Shown: one piece after another, positions 60,302-64,000 of the stretch | Layout: each line of letters opens with the position of its first letter | Position numbering within the stretch: position 1 is the stretch's first letter | Assembly: GCA_010093605.1 (NCBI GenBank) | Contig: MU004186.1 | Location: 1,592,616 to 1,656,615, forward strand | Origin: Lophium mytilinum | Lineage: Eukaryota | DNA: 64,000 bases | Reading direction: 5' to 3' | The notes under the pieces: model-generated | What the model was told of the DNA's origin: nothing | What the model saw: only the letters and a program-made list of their open reading frames with translations | The model's database searches: none | Made by a program: the position numbers and the translations under genes

Positions 60302-61979
60302 GTAGCACGATACGGGCGATACGCATGTGCGTTGCCCGTGCCGCTCGAGGATTCAGCCACAGCCGCAAGGTGCCGCTTCTTGCGGGAAGGGAGTGTGGGT
60401 TAGGCGGGCCAGCGAATGGGGTCGCCATCCCGGGCTCTGCCACTGTTCTACGGACTCCCAGGCTTGGTGTAGGCAGTCAGCCAAGCCCTGGGATGTCTTG
60501 ATCGGTGAAGTATATACGATGCCAAAGCGGCCAGCTCAACGCCGCTGCAATTGAACTGTCATTGTGCACTTACATGAGCGTGGGCGACTGTCACGTTTGA
60601 ATCTGGTACTACGTGTTTGCAGAATTAATCATCGTCGGCCAGACCGAGCTCGAGGCGGCTTGGAGGCGGTCCTGCATAAGCGCTGCATCACCCTGGCAGC
60701 CATTATCTCCAAATGGCACGATCACTGCCTCCTCGCCAGGCGGCACAGCGGGCATCAGACGCCTTCTTTGTCGCCTACTGGGACAGTGGACATATTGGCT
60801 GCAAGCAGAGAGGGCCCCTACCTAAGGTACACCGGTGGGGTCTCCTTTGATGGAGCGACCAGAGCGCGCTGGAGACCCCAACTCAGCTGGCGCGTCTGAC
60901 ACCACCCGCGGCCTGCTCGAACGACGTTGCAATACGCCGAATGCCATTGGCTAGGGGCCATACCGCCAGTGCTATCGCAAAGGGCGGACTGGCGGGGGTG
61001 GAGTCGTGGCTCGCGTTATTTTGGGCTGCTCGCTGGCTTCAGCACTCCGAGGCAGCGTTGAGACAGCCCTCCACTTCGCCCTCAGCCGCAGCTGCACAAG
61101 GCGACGAACTGTTCGCGTCCGACCCTGCGCTAGCCCGCCCTGCTGTTATAAGATCCAGCTGCTCGGCTGATGATTGTGTGCCTCTTGATATCTCGTCGTA
61201 CTTTCTTGCGTGGCGGACATCCATATATTTTCCTATTTACACTGCTGCACTTTCAGCCTCTCGGTTTCCCCTGATAGCCATATACTTCTAGACTGAATTC
61301 TGTTGTGCGACAACCTGTTTGACGTAGTGTAAGAAGTTGTTCTTTCCTTACTGCCGAGCACGCGCGCAATTGCCGTAGGCGTCCATACCTAGAACTATCT
61401 TAGTAAGTTCCCTGCATGCGTCACCATACTTCCTGCCATTGAGGCCAATCTACAATCGCATCCTTCACCTGCATATTTCTTGTACATCTTCATCCTCTCC
61501 TACTATCATTCCCGTCAAACAACTTTGAGATATCCTTACCCACGAAGAATTGCTTTCCGCCCTTCCCCGGCTTGACCGCTTCGATTTCATTCTTTCATCA
61601 TGAGTTGGGTGGAATGGCGAACTATAAGAGTAGGACGAGTTCAAATGGCTTCCTAATTGCATCTCTTTATTCTCTCTCCTTCTCATCGTTCATCCGCTCC
61701 GCCTCGCTTGAAACCTGCTTCTCCTTATTTGTCCAATGACCTCGCTTTCACCGCCCGTTCAATCTTTGATATACACTCTTCTTGTCTACTGACTTGTCTC
61801 GTCCTCAACACCTTTCTCTTTCCTGTATGCTTATCTTCCTCCCAACACCTCTTTTCGTCAATGCTACTCCTCGTGAACACCTCTTCTCATTAGCTCTTCG
61901 CCACGACCCATCACCGTAAGCCGTCAAGGCTGGCATGTTCACGCTGACATGGCTTTGCCGTACACAGGATCCAGACATC

Positions 61980-64000
61980 ATGGACGTGAGAACAGGTGTC
62001 ACGCCGCCTAAGCCGGAAGAGCTTTCCGAGCTGGATTCTCTTCGCAACAAGATCGGAAACTCCTTCCAAGCAGCTGCCGGGCTAGTCAATGCTATTGCAA
62101 AACCAGTCCCTCAGGGAACTGGTGATGGCAGCTATCTCCCCACAGAGCCGAGCGCCAGTCTGCTACACAAGATTGAAGGCACTTTGTCGGACATCAGTCA
62201 CTTGTCAATTCCTGATATCAAAACCTTGATCGATATTCAGAAGTCCAGTATGTCTGGAGCATTGATAAACGACAAAACCTATCAGATGGAAGGTTTGGTC
62301 CATGTAAGCGGATACCAATGATAACAGCAACGAGGCTGTTCCGCGCGCTTGCTAACATTCTTCCAGGCGGCAGCAGATCTACCAGACGGCTCGGGACTTC
62401 GAACGAAGCTAACAGATCTGTTTCTTACGCAACTGTGGAACGACCTAGAGCATCCTCCCCAGTCGTTAGTAGTCTCATTCCATGGCACCAGCTCTCAAAA
62501 TGTGTTATAGGCACCTGACCCAGATAGATATCTCGGCGGAAAGTACCAGTATCGGGCGGCTGATGGCTCAAACAACGTCAGTGAGCACAATTTTAACCAA
62601 CACGGTGCTATCGCTGACTGTATTTACAGAGCCTCGTGCATCCTAGGCTAGGTGCAGCTGGTACCCCCTATGCGAGGACAGTGAAGCCGACCATGGCTCA
62701 ACCGCCTTATCGCCCTGACCCTGGCGTTGTCTTCGACTCACTAATGACCCGCAAGCATCATGAGCTTCATCCTAACCGTATATCGAGTATGCTGTTCTAC
62801 TTCGCCTCCATCATCATCCATGACCTATTCCGGACGGATCACCAAGATCCCTCGAACTCGTTGACCTCTTCCTATTTGGATCTTTCCCCGTTGTACGGTA
62901 GCAATCAGGCGGAACAGGACTTGATGCGGACCAAAGACAAATACAACGGCAAGATCAAACCAGATTGTTTCTCAGAGGCTCGTCTGCTATCTTTCCCCCC
63001 TGGAGTTGGCGCACTCTTGATCATGTTTAATCGCTTTCACAATTACACTGTAGATAACCTTGCCGGCATAAACGAGAACGGCAGGTTCACAAAGCCTACG
63101 GAGCCGGCGGACCCGAAGGATAGCAAAGCCGCGGACGCTTACAAGGCAAAGTTGGTCAAGTATGATGAGGACCTTTTCCAAACTGGGCGGCTCATCACCT
63201 GTGGTCTGTACATCAACATCGTTCTAGTCGACTACGTCCGGACGATCCTGAACCTGAATCGTACCGACAGCAACTGGCAACTGAACCCTCGTGCCATCAT
63301 CAAAGATGGGCCTCCACTTGGAGTAGGGAATCAGGTCTCCGCAGAGTTCAACTTAGTATACCGATGGCATTCCGCCGTCTCAGACAAGGATGAAAAGTGG
63401 ACGCAAGACCTGTGGGATAAGATGTTCCCCGGTAGAGATGCGAAGTCCGTTGGCCAAGATGAATTCCTTAACAAGCTCAAGGATATGTATCATACCACAC
63501 CAAAAGAGCCCGAGTTGCGACCATTCGGAGGCCTGAAGCGTAATGCGGACGGCACCTATCCCGATGATGGCCTGGTCAAGATCTTGAAGGAGAGTGTTGA
63601 GGATTGTGCAAACTCCTTCGGAGCAAACAGAGTACCAGCCGTGATGCGAGCAATTGAGGTTCTCGGTATCCAGCAGGCGCGTTCTTGGAACCTCTGCTCG
63701 TTGAATGAGTTCAGGAAATATTTTGGACTGACGCCTCATGAGTCTTTCGAGAGCATCAACCCCGACAAAGACGTCGCCGAGCAGCTGAAGAATCTATACG
63801 AAACTCCTGACCAGGTTGAAATATATCCCGGTATCGTTGTCGAAGAGGCGAAGAAGCCATTGGCTCCCGGCGCTGGCCTCACACCACCCTTCACCGTCTC
63901 TCGAGCGGTGCTCTCCGATGCTGTTGCTCTTGTGCGAGGCGACAGATTCTATACGCTTGACTACAATCCTAAAACCTTGACGAACTGGGGATTCGCACAA
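61980..64000 (+). CDS. fatty-acid dioxygenase / linoleate diol synthase (Ppo family), 5' part; runs off the window
   Basis: LWNDLEHPP, YRAADGSNN, LGAAGTPYARTV, ASIIIHDLFRT (distal His), SYLDLSPLYG, GNQVSAEFNLVYRWHS, CSLNEFRKYFGL; several introns. Confidence 0.95.

Noticed and set aside
1..64000. CRISPR arrays, rRNA, intact transposases
   Set aside because: Eukaryotic sequence; no repeat-spacer array, rRNA motif or transposase/RT ORF seen

Overview
Eukaryotic, intron-containing DNA from a filamentous ascomycete (GT-AG introns with CTAAC/CTGAC branch sites; a Dothideomycete-like gene set is my inference). About 20 conventional genes are recognisable: SGNH hydrolase-like, HMG-box transcription factor, HSL-type lipase, SNF2 ATPase, PDA1, secreted carboxylesterase, PIC2-type carrier, F-box/WD40, Cys2/CysA, TauD dioxygenase, ankyrin protein, PDH kinase, HET protein, Nudix DDP1, ATE1, TSC13 and the 5' part of a Ppo oxygenase. 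The most striking feature lies at 23.4-27.4 kb and is only partly visible in the ORF track. It is a head-to-tail array of seven intronless micro-genes on the minus strand (47-70 aa; five intact, two pseudogenes). They share the motif CCxC-x3-N-x6-C-x2-C-x-H-x2-C-x2-C, a RanBP2-like zinc finger extended with a second putative metal site. Also present: a frameshifted relic paralog of the carboxylesterase, a frameshifted HET gene, and at least three small dispersed repeat/MITE families. No rRNA, credible tRNA or CRISPR was found. Exon boundaries were read by eye and need RNA-seq confirmation.
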